Source: the human T2T-CHM13v2.0 reference genome, Homo sapiens
Reading direction: 5' to 3' (one strand)
Assembly: GCF_009914755.1 (NCBI RefSeq)
Contig: NC_060929.1
DNA: 64,000 nt
Shown here: positions 45,201 through 59,349 of the stretch, one piece after another
Layout: every line of letters begins with the position of its first letter
Numbering within the stretch: position 1 is the first letter of the stretch
Notes under the pieces: generated by a model
Databases searched by the model: none
What the model was told of the DNA's origin: nothing
Seen by the model: only the letters and a program-made list of their open reading frames with translations
Program-made: the position numbers and the translations under genes

Positions 45201-48200
45201 ATTTTCTATAAAAGTGAAACAAATCAACATAGTCCGACTAGGTCTAAGCCTAGCATTCAATCTCATGTAGAGACTTGAATCATTTCTGTGGTTTCTGGAT
45301 GGGGCAGTCTCCATGTCAAAGCCTACCTAGTAACTTTCAGGAGATGCGTGTTTCATCATCCACAATTTCAGACAGAAAAATGTTCTTTTCCAATGTCATT
45401 CTAAACTAAAACTCTAAACAGGTGTTTGATACTAAGGATGTAACCAAAATATTCCCCCTTATAACCCGCAACTCTGATAAGACTTCCCTCGGAAATATAA
45501 TGGTTACATAGCCCTTACATGGCTTTAACAAACCCCTATTTTCTTCTTTCTGCTCCATACAATGTGCAGTCTATTTGTACCCATTCAGGACTAAATTACA
45601 GATAAAGTTACAGCAAATTTGTTTTCTCAAAAAAGCAGTCAGCCCTAATATCCCTTGAGTAATAAAGGCCTTGTCCTTCATTCAGAACTAGAACTGGCAT
45701 AATTTTCTCCAAGAAACAAACTCTACTTCCTGTGACAATGAACCTGTTCTTAAAATTCTGAATGGGATACAGCTCAATTTGCAGGTGTTCAGGTATAAAG
45801 GTCAAAGGGCATTTGACCCCCCAACTGGCAATTGTTGCTGTGGTAGGTAACTTCAGTCTGCTAGTTATATCATTCTATTAGATAAGCTGCCAGAGTTTTC
45901 AGCTCTGAATTACCGAGGTAGGCTCAAGTGAATCAATAATTTATACAGATATATCTCATTCATTCTGATGGTATAAAGATACATACTAACAGCCTGCTGC
46001 AGCCCCAGAACAAAGCCAGAAAGACATTATTTAAGAAGAAAGAGGGAAAAGGAAACCTATTATCTATGTGAACAAAACCATGACGTAATCGTGACTTAAT
46101 GGCTTGTTAATGTTATTTTTCAACTGCTTTAACAAACACCATGATGAGATAAACAAGCTCTTTGTGAATCTCAATAACGTTTCTCTGATGAATGTTAAGA
46201 CAACATTTAAAACTCTCAGATTAATTTTAAAATAGAATGATATTTTACATAACAATATAATATAAACCACCGGAAAAAATTCACACACCTAAGAAGTTTC
46301 CATGAGCTAGCTTCACTAAATCTCTCAATATTTTATTACTGAATTTCAGTGTAAAATTACTTTTTAAAAGATGAGAATCAAATACATTTAGGAACTGTAC
46401 ACTAAGAATATTGTTAATATAGCCTTATGCTGTTAATCGTTACCTGGGGAAAATTATATAGTGTTTTATACACTAATACTATGACATTTTTATTAACTCA
46501 TAATCCCTGTGCTAACAGTGGTGCATTAAACAAGTAATAATTAAGAGGGCAGCAAATATTAAAAATGCCTACTCTAAAATTCTTCAATCATGTTAAAGGG
46601 AATCCTCTAACATTTCTCTTCTATAAAGGAAAGCATTTCCAAAAACAGTGTGGTTACGATATAATCATCAATAGACCTAGATCACTTAAATCATATTTCC
46701 ATAATTTCTGGTTATTGTCCTTGAGGATTAAGGAAATTCGCCATCTACAAACACAATAAAAAAAATCTCTTAGCAGCTTTAATTGTAAACATTGACTGTT
46801 TCTTGACATATCTGGAAATTTATTTGAGGATAAAATGCATTAGAAGTTGGTCTCTTGCCAAGTTTACCTCTTTGAGTTCAAGGCTGGGCTTGTGCATGGC
46901 ATGGACATGTGAACTAATTGCATTCAGACTTGGTTTAGGAAGACTGTGTAAAAAAAAAATAATTACAGCAGCAAACCCGATGAGAAGGGTGATAGCAATC
47001 AGAGGTATTACTCAGGTACTTTATACAGGAAAGATGGATAAATTATCCTTTCTCTTATTTTCTAGGGAAACACCTTGGGAAATACAGCAAATAACAAAAG
47101 TCAAAAAGGAAATAAAAGCATTTCTGAGAGAAAAAGAAAGTAAGAGCAAGAGAGAGACTAATGTTGTGGCCTCTACCAAAAGTCCTTAAGCCTTTATATG
47201 CAACACTCTGGGGCTGCCTGCTGCAACCAGTTAACATTTCTGGCCTTTCAAGAAAATATAACTAGTCCCTTAAAAGCAGAGAGAGGAAGGAGAAATAATG
47301 GAATAACCCATTTCTGACAGTCAAGAGAGAAAGGAGAGAGATGTTCCCACACTGATCTCATTAAGATGATGAGAATAATGAGTGTGAATCTTATGTATGG
47401 ATCTCACAGCAGACAGAGGAGGACATAAATGTATCCCCCATTCACCCTTTTATGATGCCTGATACACCACATTTATTCTCAGCTTCATCTGCTACTACTG
47501 TTGGGGGTTTCTCTTACAATAGTATAGCTTTAACTTCAAGTTTTGCTGCTGAAGTCATCTGAGTCAGCCACTCAACACAGCTTTATTGAGTGTGCATGAA
47601 AACGAGGGAAGTCCTCTTAATGGCAAGTGAAATGCATCTTGAGCAGAACAGCCTGAGTTTATTTCCTGTCACTGGCTCTGGTAATGGATTAAAAATACTG
47701 ATGAATGGCATTTTTCCGTTTATAATCTGTTGTATTTTCTAGTTCCTTAAACTTAGGTCATACATTCCAGCCAATTAGAAACAGAACCCAAGTCTTATTA
47801 AATATGCCTTCAGTGCCTTTGGAGAGCCATGCATTTGTGACAAACACTGATGGAACATTTTTTCTTGTGAATTATCTCCTATTCTTGAATCCAGTCTAGA
47901 ATATTATCTAATAATAATTTTAAGTTAAATACTTTTTCATACTGATACAAACTTTGAAGGACTGTGTAGTTCTCAGAAACAAAAACCTATGTTGTTGTGG
48001 CCAAATATTATTCAAGTCTAAATTATCCACAGGTCCTTCTGCTTAAGGATGTCAAAGCATTTCATACAGATGATTTATCTTTCTTCACTCCAGTATCTCC
48101 AATAACAATAAAACTGTGCACCAAATGTATAGCAAACTATACCTCACATAATTTAAATAACAAAGTGGGCAACACCTTCCAAATTCAAATATCATCTCAA

Positions 48201-49649
48201 AATATGCCCAAATTATTATTTCAGTACTGCCACTACTTTGTAAAGGAATATGCTGTTCCATTATGTTGTTTAATTTTACGCTGGAATAATTTGGATCCAT
48301 ATAATTTTAAAGGCAATTTAGAAAGACAGCGATACAATGAAGCTGGGTCACCAGTTTTTCTAAGTAATTCAAATACATACACTTTTTCCTGGCATTTATT
48401 TAGTCTAATGAAAATTTAGGCCACGGACAGGTTCATCTTAGCTACCATTTAATCAATATAGATCAATATAGGTAGTTTAAGCTGTTTAAGCAACTCACTG
48501 AAAATATATATTTGAAACCTGGGAAATATATTCTTAATGAGTCGACATTTACTTTTGGGAAAAGCGTCATTTATACTACTTGGAGGCCAAATGATATTTC
48601 TTGTCTAAAATATGCCTTACTTAAACACACAGTGAACTCTTCAAGAGTTCGTGATTACCATACACACATCTCTGCAGTGTTTTGTGGAGCTATAGTGTGA
48701 TGTGATTTCCACTAATAGAAAAGTTCATCAAAACATAAGGTACACATTTATTACTTAAACTGCAGGAATAACACTAAGCAGGGTGCATACAGACTTATTA
48801 TATCAAGTCGGCAATTCTAGCCTTCCCAGATCAATACATTCCTTAACAGGAAATACCAAGGACCAGGAGTCCAATTTTACACTCTTGGAATTCTACAGGA
48901 CAATGTCAGACACCTGGCTTCCCTTAATTAAGGACAATTTAACTTACAAACTTCACCTTTCTTCTCATTGTTGCTGTCTTTGAAGCTTCCATTACTAGTC
49001 ATTGGGGGAAAAGGAGAGTTACTATGTTAGTAAGTCATTTTACCTCTTAACACTTCAGTCTCCTGTCCTGTAAAATAATCTCTAACCTCCATTCCAGTTG
49101 TACCATTCCATGACTTCATCTGCACCATTAAAAGCCCACACAATCTCCACCTTTTAGGCTCCTTATCTTTGCATTAGGAAGGTGCACTATCCTGAAGCTG
49201 GGTTTGGGTTAGATGTGTTCTGGCATTCCAAACACCAAGCCAGGATTCCACTGAATCTACTTTCTCCATGTGATGTTTCCATTCTACAGCTAGTAGGCTT
49301 TGTACATGATTCTATGTCATGATCTATGACATTCCCACTGTGGAGAAATGTGTTCCAAGGTCTAAGCATCTGTCTTACCAAACAGACCTCTACATTTTGT
49401 TTGGAGGTTTGGAGTCTATATGTTAAACATTCCATTTTAACTACATATCAGCCAAGATTTAAGACAGAAATAAAACTGTGGTAGAAGTCTGATACTCTGA
49501 GAATTAAAAAATGAAGGAAAAAGTGCACACTCAGTTAAGCTAGTAGAACCTAGGTTAAAGGGCTCTCTTAAAATACCAGCCTCTTGGTTGAGGCACGCAA
49601 TAGGCTCTTGCCATAGAAGAACAAAACTCTATTTAAAAAAATTTAGCTG

Positions 49650-49965
49650 AGAAGGGCAGTGGGGGACAGGGTAGAGCCAGAAGTTAACACATACAAAAGT
49701 ATAGCTAGATAGGAGGAATATGTTTTGTGTTCAATACCCGCATATGGTGACTATAATTAACAACAACTTATTGTATATTTTCAAATAGGTAGAAGATTTT
49801 GAATGTTCCCAACACAAAGAAATGATAAATGTTCGAGGTGCTGCTTATGCTAATTACTCTGATTTTATCATTACACATTGTATACATGTATGGAAATATC
49901 ACACTATATGCCATAAATATGTACGATTATTTTGTGTTAATTAAACATAATGAAAGCAAAACGAA
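49650..49965 (+). mobile_element. L1MA 3' UTR fragment
   Basis: gctagataggaggaata...gaatgttcccaacacaaagaaatgataaatgtt...atcattacacattgtatacatg. Confidence 0.85.
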
Positions 49966-51044
49966 AAGAATTTAAACAAAACCAGATACATACTGACACT
50001 CTTTAAGTTTTCAATGTTGCTGCCTAACTAGAAGAAGAAAATGTAGCTATCTGAACTTCTACATTTATGAATTACTTTTCTGAGTGCTACCCATCACTCT
50101 ACTAACATCACTTCAAAATATAACACTTCTCGTATACAACCAGTATATTAATTTGTGGTAATTAATGCACTCCTTTTAACCTTGGTGATCTATTATTTTA
50201 AGTTCAATCAAAAAGATTAATTGACTAAGGGGAGTACTGTTTAATTTGCTGACATTTTATGACAACACTGGATGAAAAATTCTTGTTTCGAACATTTAGA
50301 GTTGCCTGAAGCATGCTTGGCAGGAACTGTATAGAATGATTTAACTATGGAAAATGCATTAAGATTATTTATATATAGCTACATGGGATATAAAACATAA
50401 TAAATTTACATATTATTGGTAAATGACAATAGTAAAATTTTTTTTGACCTATGGTGAACTGGGTAACTTGCCATGCAAAACAGCCAGTAGAACAATTATC
50501 TTCACTGTTTTAAATCACTCTCCTATTATAAATCCTTTCTCCCTTCCCCAACACTTCCAATGAAGATCTAATAGGTAACGAAACCTAAGGAAATATATGT
50601 TTATATCTCTGACATAATATTCATTAAAAATATAAAGAGTAACTATTAGTTATAAATACAGTGCAATGTCTGGATAAAACCCATCAAACCCTCATAATGA
50701 CAGAAGTTATCTTACTTAGTCCAAATTCATGTGGACTTCTGGACTTCTCCAACAGTGCACCCTTGGAATTGGGACAGAGAAGAAAACCCTCATATGGGTT
50801 TGCATAAGAGAGAAGATAAAATTCTTCGATCTCTATAAAGCCAAACAAACACCTGTCCTTTAATTGGACTATAATATAGTTAATAATTTTGCATAAAGAT
50901 CACAAATGCTCTTTCTCCAGACAAGTTCCGTATGGGAATAATTCATATCATATGCGAACTACAGAAAATCCAAACTAAACTTTACCACCAAGAGTATAAA
51001 AGTAAATGTAGTTGAACTTGTATTAACCCTCATTTGGAGCATGC

Positions 51045-51255
51045 ATTCACAGTGGGGTCAATGTGACATCCAAGGGGGTAAAAACTGGTTCTTGAGCTGG
51101 GGCGGGGGGGAAGCAACAGAAATCTTAGATGTTTGTGGCCCTCTAAAGCTCAATATCCCCTGAGAAAATCTTATCCCTTAGTATTTAATTTCTCTCAAGT
51201 GAAATTTTTCTCCTTAGGGCAGTGACTATGAAAAAAAAATATAGAGAAACACTGA
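51045..51255. mobile_element. Probable hAT-Charlie-type DNA transposon fossil
   Basis: cagtg...gagaaacactg termini, with internal gtttgtggccctctaaagctc and aaaatcttatcccttagtatttaatttctctc. Family not pinned down. Confidence 0.45.
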
Positions 51256-54200
51256 TTTAAGATCAAATAAAGGCCACACTTTGTCTCTAAAATATTTTAT
51301 TCCTGTCCTTAAAATGAGAGCTGACTTTGATTTATCAAATCCAAATATCTATTTGCACTTTGATATGCTTTCTGTCTTTCCTTGCCTCTTAGTTTTCTCT
51401 GATTTTCTCTTCGTTATTTCAGCTATTTGAGCCAATAGCTGATGACTACTCTGTTATTGATCTCTCAGTGTTACCACTTGCTGAGTGTTGGACCTCTGTC
51501 ATCACGGCAAAGTACAAGATGCACCAGAGTCATCACTCACAGACCCACCTGTAGCAAAGCCTGCTGTGTCTATCCCAATTCTCACTACAATTTAAAATGT
51601 GATAAATGATGGCAAGAGAAGGGGCAAAGTAAAATGGGAACAACTTCCTTAACATTTCAGGTTAGCTTCTTGCTTGGTAAATTAACGAACACATTCATAA
51701 TTGTAACGAATATCTGCACATCTAGTCAACACAGGAAAATTGGACAACAGAAAGCATTCTGCTCCTATTTCTTAATTTTTACCTGATAGAACGGGGAATG
51801 AAAACACATGGAGAGTGAACTTAATGACTAAAGCATATTAATGACTGAATCTCTGTTATAATTTACAACCCTTCAGAAGAGTTATTATTCCTACTTTACA
51901 ACATTTTACTAACATAAATTATATAATTAGATCATTTATTTAAACTTTTTCCTTTGCAAAGTACTTTATTTCATAATATGTTGCAATGGAATATGGCTTG
52001 CCAATTTGCTCAGCATGTCTGTCCTTTACGATTGAAATCACAATTGCAAAGTAGAAAATCCTTCAGAAGACAAGAACATTGGTTTAGGAATCTGGGAACA
52101 GGTAGTGAGACATCTCTGATTCATTATTTAATAATTTTTTGATCCTTAGTCAACTCAGTTGTAAAATATTGACCATGTAACAATTTTTAAAGGGTCTTAT
52201 AAAGGTCTGGGGGGCTGAAACTACCAGATAAGTAATGCAAGGAGGAAGCTTGAAGTGAAGTGGGGCAGCATCCATACAGCCAGGAAAAACACACCGAGGC
52301 TTTGGTGTCCTCCACCACGCCAACTTTTATTGATAGCACCATTGAGGCACATGAGAAAGCTAATTCTTAGATTCAATATGGTATCATAATTATGCTGGTG
52401 ATATTTGTAATTTTTTGACTATAGCATAGCATAATAGCACTATACCTGAGAAAAAATGAAATCATTTTCTTTTCCTCAAATCACTCACAGAAGAAAAGTT
52501 TTCAAAATTATAGCATTCTACTACTTTCCATGTTACAGGACAAAGGCGGAAGAGCAGCGATCATAGGAAACATGAGTTTCCTCATTTCATGAGAAAATGA
52601 CCTCTACAGGGATTAAATTCTTCTTCTTGTAAATATGAAATAAAATCTAGGAGAAATACGCCTTTCAGAGAGTAGCAGACCCTGTGGCTTATGTGATTAT
52701 CTCCCTCCAAAGAGCAGAAAGCCCTTTTGCTGACATCTATTAAAATAAACAAAAAAGGGCATTGGCATCATTTAAAGAGAATGAAGCACTGATTTGAGCC
52801 AAGTGTTGCACTGTGGACTTAGCAGATACAAAAACAAAACAAAAATAACTTCACAATTAAATAGGCCCACAAACTGAACTAGAGCCTCACTCCTCAGGAA
52901 AGATTACAGAAAATATTTGGTTCTGTTATTATCTGGCTTGCTATATTTCCTAAGATTCAGGGTTGATTTTAGCCAATAGTGACCAAACCTGAAACCCAGC
53001 TCATTTGTACCTTATACTCTTTGGGGGCCTTTTATATAATTGCAGGAATTTATATGTAATGCACTATGAAAGGCAATGCTTAGGAAAACCTAATTTACAA
53101 TTTTTCATGTAATTTTGGACAATGTTTGAAAAAAATTTCTTCTCCGGAGTTGAGATAAATTGGGCGAAAATGTATATTTTGAGTAGCAATTTGATGTACT
53201 AGCATGTCCAGATGAATTGGGTGCACAATCTATTTACTGAAAAGAAAATTGTGGTACGAGAAACTTCTAAGTGTCAATACTTCTTGACTCTGCAAAAGGA
53301 AGTTAGGGCAACCTTAAAAATATATATCTTTTAAATCAGTGAAATTTTATATAGGTTTTCTTCTTCCCTTACTTGCACATTTGTGAGAAAATGTTTAACG
53401 TAGCTTCTAAATCTGTATAGATTAAATTGGAAGTATTGTTTAGTAAGCTTAGTAGGTGTGTATGTCAGAGGAAACATACATGAAGAAAGATGGGCAAAAA
53501 GGCTTAGGAGTTTATATTTACAAAATTTTAGGGAAATTCATGAATATGACAGTAAGACCACCAATTGTAGATCATTTTGGCTTTGTACTTGTTTCTCTGG
53601 TTTTCAGGAGTACTTCTCTTTTGCTGTTGTGTAGAAAGTAACAAAAGTTACATCTAGAACATTTCTAACGTTTCTGCTAGCGCTAAAAAAAAATTGTAGC
53701 AATAACAACAAAAACTCTTCTATAAAAATCATTTGAAAATTGCCATAGACTTGAAGCGTAATTTCATTGCTGTGGTAGTACTATTGTCTCTTAAATTTTC
53801 AGAATAGATATTTCTGTTATAAACTTAAAGTGACCTTCAATATGTTCAATGTAATTATCCTACATTTCATTGTGCCTTAATGTGAATATTAAGACTTAAA
53901 CTACAGGTGATGTAGACATGCCTTTGTTTTCACATTGATACTTCTTCTTAAGCAATTCTCCCTTTTTGATCCTTGATCACGAAAGACACTTTAGATGTCC
54001 TTACGGTTTGTAATAACTTTTTAAAAATCCATATGTTGTTTAATAGCAGCAGACTTTCTGCACGAGAAGGAAGTACATGATAAGTGTACTGTAGGAGCCT
54101 ATTGTCTTTGGTCATTATTACATTCCCATTGCCTCTGCAACTCCAGTTCCTCCTCCTTTGCTGTGCTTCCTCCACTTTTTTTTTTTTAATCATTTGGCTA

Positions 54201-56127
54201 TACAGAGCTGCCTCATGTCATTCTTTGCATACAACATCTTTGTTTTTTCTCTCTTCTGCATAATGGCCCAGCTTTCTGGGAGTAACTGTTGTCCCGAATA
54301 TGATCCTTTACTAAAATAGGGATTGAATAAAGGTGGAGCACAAATTATCTGGAAGCAAAGGAAAACTAGGCATTTCAAAAGGACCCAGAAAAAAACAAAT
54401 AATGAACCAGAGTGGCTTCGATGAATTGCCATAGAAGGAATTCTTGGTTTTGACACAAAAGGAACACATGAATACCAAGGAAAACCTAGGGAGAGAATCT
54501 CAGTAGGAAACCTGCCTCGTAGGCTGCTCAGGACAGAGGGCTGAAGCCAGTAGCCCTCCAGATATGAACAGAAAGAAATGTATTTTATGACTAACAGTTA
54601 AACATTCAAACATGCCGTTTTTGGAACACAAGGTACTTTGAGGAGTTGACATCCCTTCATAATTCATGTTCATTGTTCCTCTAAGTAAAATATGTATCTC
54701 CCTTTAGTTATTCTGTTAGGAATTGTACTTTAAAGGCAAGAGGACATTTTTGATAATGCACATCTTAAGATGTTTCATTAAAGTACCAAATTTAAATTCT
54801 ACCTTTTTGTGCACTCTGACATTTTTGTCTGGCATTTTCATTAATTTTGCGACATACATAAATGTAGCTGAAATGTTAACTGATCAATACTTTGTCTCTC
54901 TCATGTAGCACTAGCGCTCCGTTCCCCAAGGACTACACAGCAGAACAGAAATTAAATGTGTAAAATATCAAATGTTAATGTTAAACACAGCAGCACTTAC
55001 TGTATAACGACAGAAAAGGCTAAAACAATTCCAAATGGACAGATGGTACCACAAATTATCTACAATCACATTTAAAGATTAAAGTTTGTCCTGTAAAATA
55101 ATTCTTTGACGCACACTGAAGTGTGTCCTTTTACTGATAGCTCAGTTGTCCAATTATTTTTGTGCTCATTACAGTGAGAAATGACAGTACTGAAAAGAAA
55201 GAGAAAATGTGCACTCTTTCTTCCCCCATGTTGCACCCACTGACATCCACAAGAACACAAATGTCTAGTCAAGAGCCTGATGAAAATTAGGCCCAATTTA
55301 TGAGACATTTCCATGTCTACAATAGATGATTCCCCAAGACGAGCAGTGCCTTCTGCACCACACATGTCTGTGTTCATTCTTAGGCAGACAATATTCACAG
55401 TAAAATTTTAAAACCGAATGCATTGCACACAAAATAAGCACACGCCCAGAAACGTATCTGCTTATATTTTATCCATCACCTTCCAGACCAATGCCTGTCT
55501 CTAATATCATCAGCTGGCTTTGACTCTTCCCTGTGGCACAGAGGTAGCGTTAAGGAAGCTGGAGCTGTCCTAAGCCTGCATTTCTTGTGCTCTCTACTTC
55601 AATTGACATAGGGATTAAGAAAAAAAAAAGATTGTTTTTTACTTTTATTTCATTATTCTACATTTATTTTTGGATAGTAAAGTAGAAAAGAAAAGTTAAA
55701 ATAGAATAGAAAAAAGGCACTTAAACATTATAAAGTTTACTGACTTGGGCCTAAAACCAAGCCACATAATGATAGAAATGCCTGTGCTCTGTGAGGCAGT
55801 GGCATTTATAAAAAAGTGGGCCAAGTAGAACCGATATTATGATAATAGACCCATGATCCATCAACAGGGCATGATGGGAACAATGTGTTTGTAATAATGG
55901 GGTACTGCTCACACCCTTCTCCTAATGGAAAGCTGTTCTTTTCAATAAACAGGCCTAAAATGTCTCTAGTTATACAATGAAATCTTTGAAACATTTCATT
56001 TTTAAATATATAACTTAATATCTACAAGATGAATAAATATCCCAAGTAGTTTTTGTTCAGAGCTGCTGTGATATTAAAATTACAAGGTATATGTATTTTA
56101 AAAGCTCTTTTAGAAAGGAAATAATAT

Positions 56128-56300
56128 CTGCTGTGTGGCCTTGGGCAAGCTACTTAACCTTTCTGTGCCTCAGTTTCTTCCTTCTGTATATTGGAAAACT
56201 AACACTATCTACTTCATAAGGTTGTTGGGAATATGAAATTCGCTAATGCATGTAAAACAGTTCCTTGACACATAGTAAGTGCTTAACAAATATTAGTGGT
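56128..56300 (+). mobile_element. MIR SINE
   Basis: gctgtgtggccttgggcaagctacttaacctttctgtgcctcagtttc...catagtaagtgcttaacaaatatt. Confidence 0.88.
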
Positions 56301-57577
56301 TGTTTTTGTCATTATTGTGGAAGGATATTTTTATATTAGAACTTAATCAGAGGTTAGAATCAATGATTGATAAGGAATTATGAAGTAGTTTAGAATATAA
56401 ATGGAAACGCCAGGAAAATTTGCTACAATAGTACTAAGCTATGTTTATCATGATTTAATAACTAGCTTCCTTAGAGCAAACCCTTATTTATCTGGCATCA
56501 TTGAAGAATGAGTTTCTCCACATAAGAAAAAATTTCAGATTAACTGATTGGTTCATAGATTGGTCAACTGATTCTGTCAGCTATTTATACTGGGAGCTTA
56601 CTAAGTGCTAGATACTGTGCAGATGAAGCTGGAGTACTAGGCTAAAAAGGCAGGGTTCCCATTCTTATAGAACTCCCAGTGCAGGTCTAATAAATGACAT
56701 TTGATTTTGTTATTAGTTGTTTTAATCACATTCAACAGAATGTGATTCAGAGCTTCTTTTTTCCAGCGAAACACAGGTAATATTATGGGTTCTTCTCCAA
56801 AGTACTCTTACTCTGTTTTCACATTGTAGTTTGTGTTCTCTTTTTTCACCATCCGTGTCAGCAGGCCCCTTCCCACCTTTACTATGCCTGATTCCCTCTT
56901 TTTTTTTTTTTTTGCAAGCCTCTTGCATTCAGCTTGTGTTTCACAGGACTGAATCCATCAGACACTGACTACCAGCTAAGAGAACTATTATTACATTTCT
57001 TCTCCAGTGAAATTTGACCCCCTTACAGTCTTACAGTCAAATCACTCAAGTAATATCATGTAAATGTACCTAAGTTGTTCAGAATTCCAGTGCCTGAGTT
57101 TTTTTTTTTTAGAATCAAAAGGAAATTGCAAAAAAAAGGCTGCCATCTTGAATTTCATTTTACGCGAGTGACCTCCAGAAGTCAGAAGTTTATGAAGACT
57201 TACACAATACACGTAAATGCTAAAGTGTTCAAAATGAATGTTGCTGAACAAATAATACAATTATATGCATTTCTGGTCTTTTCAAATTTTACAAATAGCT
57301 GTGAGGAATGATTTTGGAAGGAGTGAATCAAAAATGGCAGCACGATCTTTACAGGACAATTTTTTTTTGCATCTGTTATATGACCCCATAAAACCTGGAA
57401 GTAATAGTCTAAAATAGACATAGAAGCTCAGTATCATTTTTTCTCATCAATGTAAAAGTACCTCCTGGCTAGGGAAAAATCAGAATAAAGTTTGCTTAAT
57501 AGTACCACCATATATTTATTATAAGAAAGAGCTACAAAAAGAATACTGAGAGAGACAGAGAGAGAGAGATTTTTTTT

Positions 57578-57655
57578 CTAAAACTTAACGATAATGACAA
57601 TTGCTTTCTTTAGGGAGACAACAACACGTCTATGGGAAGCAGGCTGCCTAACTTT
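57578..57655 (-). CDS. MCTP1: Candidate alternative terminal exon of MCTP1: KVRQPASHRRVVVSLKKAIVIIVKF*
   Basis: Acceptor gtccctttgtgttgtaagttaccAG at 57657-57656. In frame with the phase-0 donor at 58684, TAG at 57580-57578, AATAAA on the - strand at 57520-57515. The acceptor is only moderately strong. Confidence 0.45.
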   Translation of the reverse strand, partial: KVRQPASHRRVVVSLKKAIVIIVKF

Positions 57656-58684
57656 CTGGTAACTTACAACACAAAGGGACGTAGACACTCTTTGTTCCAT
57701 GTGCTCAGACATTAATGAAAGTCCCATACAAGGCCTGAGAGGAAGACAGAGCTCAAAGTACTAAACAGATGTGCATACACTCATTTGAATGGTAATACTA
57801 AAATGTTGATTTGTTACTATAATTAAGGCTCTTCTTGTAAGCCCCCATAATAAAGTCGTATTCTGCTAAACTGGCAACTATAAGGAAGCATAAGGTACTC
57901 ATATTTGAACAAACATGAAAATAAAATAAAGGATTTCAAAAGAATGACTCTACTTAAACTTCAAACTGAAATCCTGAAAAAGCCAAAATAATGTGAGAGA
58001 AGAAAATCCCAGCTAAAGCTCAGAGCAAAGTATTCTTTTGGATTTTCTAGCTCTGCCAGTTGGTCTCATCAGAAGTTTTTAAATAATCAAAGTAAAAGGC
58101 CACAAGATGAACATATTAAAGGACTCTTTGGATCTATCGAATTCTCACTTGTGACTTTTAAAAGCTAGAAATCTCAGAAATAATAAAACATCTCTTAAAT
58201 AGGTCACATCCACTTCCAGTTGAATCACATGTTAAAGCATTACCAAGTAGCATTGGTAGCATTCTACTACCAATGATTTTCATATCTTGAAAAAAATTAA
58301 CTATAGGACAGATAAAATCAAATTGAGAATGGTCGAGATTATTACTATTATTATTTTTCACATGGAGGACTTTTCTTGGCTGTCCTATTGGGGTTTGGAA
58401 TTATGCAATATGTAAAATTTTACTTTTTAACTGTCACAGAGAAAATGATACATTGGCTGAGATGTCTTGCGTTCCGGAAATCTGAGGGGGGAAAATGTAT
58501 TCTTAGACTCAGACCTTGTACAATCCATCAGGTTCCTGCCCACGGCAAATCTGTCCAGTCAAGTCTTAAAATAGGAGTTTTAAAATGGCCACATCAACAT
58601 AACTGTTACTATAGCCACAGAAACATGCAGCTATGATTACTGAATTTAATGAATAACAATGTAAGTAATACAGTATGATCATAC

Positions 58685-58804
58685 CACAAAAGCAGCGAGA
58701 CTCCTTGGGGGTGAATCCCAATCAAAGCAACTATTAACGTAGTATGCAGCATTTACCAGCACCATGACACAACGTTTCATTCTGATAAAGTTTCTTAGTA
58801 GCAG
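58685..58804 (-). CDS. MCTP1: MCTP1 coding exon (120 nt): LLLRNFIRMKRCVMVLVNAAYYVNSCFDWDSPPRSLAAFV, just before the transmembrane region
   Basis: Acceptor ttttccttacAG, donor GTG|GTatga at 58684. Phase 0-0. The SCFxWxSPxRS motif is characteristic of MCTP proteins. Confidence 0.95.
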
Positions 58805-59306
58805 CTGTAAGGAAAATGAAAATATTATTATAATTTGCAAGACTAAAAACCATCAGATATACTGCAAAATTCTTCAAGCTTATTGTGACTTAAAAAGGAT
58901 TCAGAAAGTTAATAAAGTTACAAGAAAATACCAAACAATTTGGCTCACAAGTTAAAGAATTTATTTCTGAGAAAGTGGAAAGAACTGCCTTTTTAACTAA
59001 ATACAATTTTTAAAATAATGTTAACATGTAGGTTGGACTACCTTTGCTCACAAGAAAAAAAAATTTCTAACAGACTAAAATTTTTTTTTGTTACTTACAT
59101 ACTATGCACCTTTATTAATTTTAAACTCTTAAACCTTATTGTGGTTTTAAGATTGATCAAATGGTTTAATTTCAAGACATTTCAAAGTGAAGTTGGAATG
59201 TTTTTATTTAGGGTCTTATAGAAAAACCTATCCAGAATTGCTTTTTTATAGACAACAAAATGTCTTCACCATTTTAGTAGAATTCCTCCCATTCTTACTA
59301 TCATAT

Positions 59307-59349
59307 TATCTATCTATCTATCTATCTTCTATCTATCTATATCTGTATC
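59307..59349. repeat. (TATC)n tetranucleotide repeat
   Basis: Directly visible, imperfect. Confidence 0.85.

Noticed and set aside
46803-48419. ORFs of 128 and 140 aa on the + strand
   Set aside because: Non-ATG starts, no recognisable domain or splice structure; expected by chance in 64 kb.
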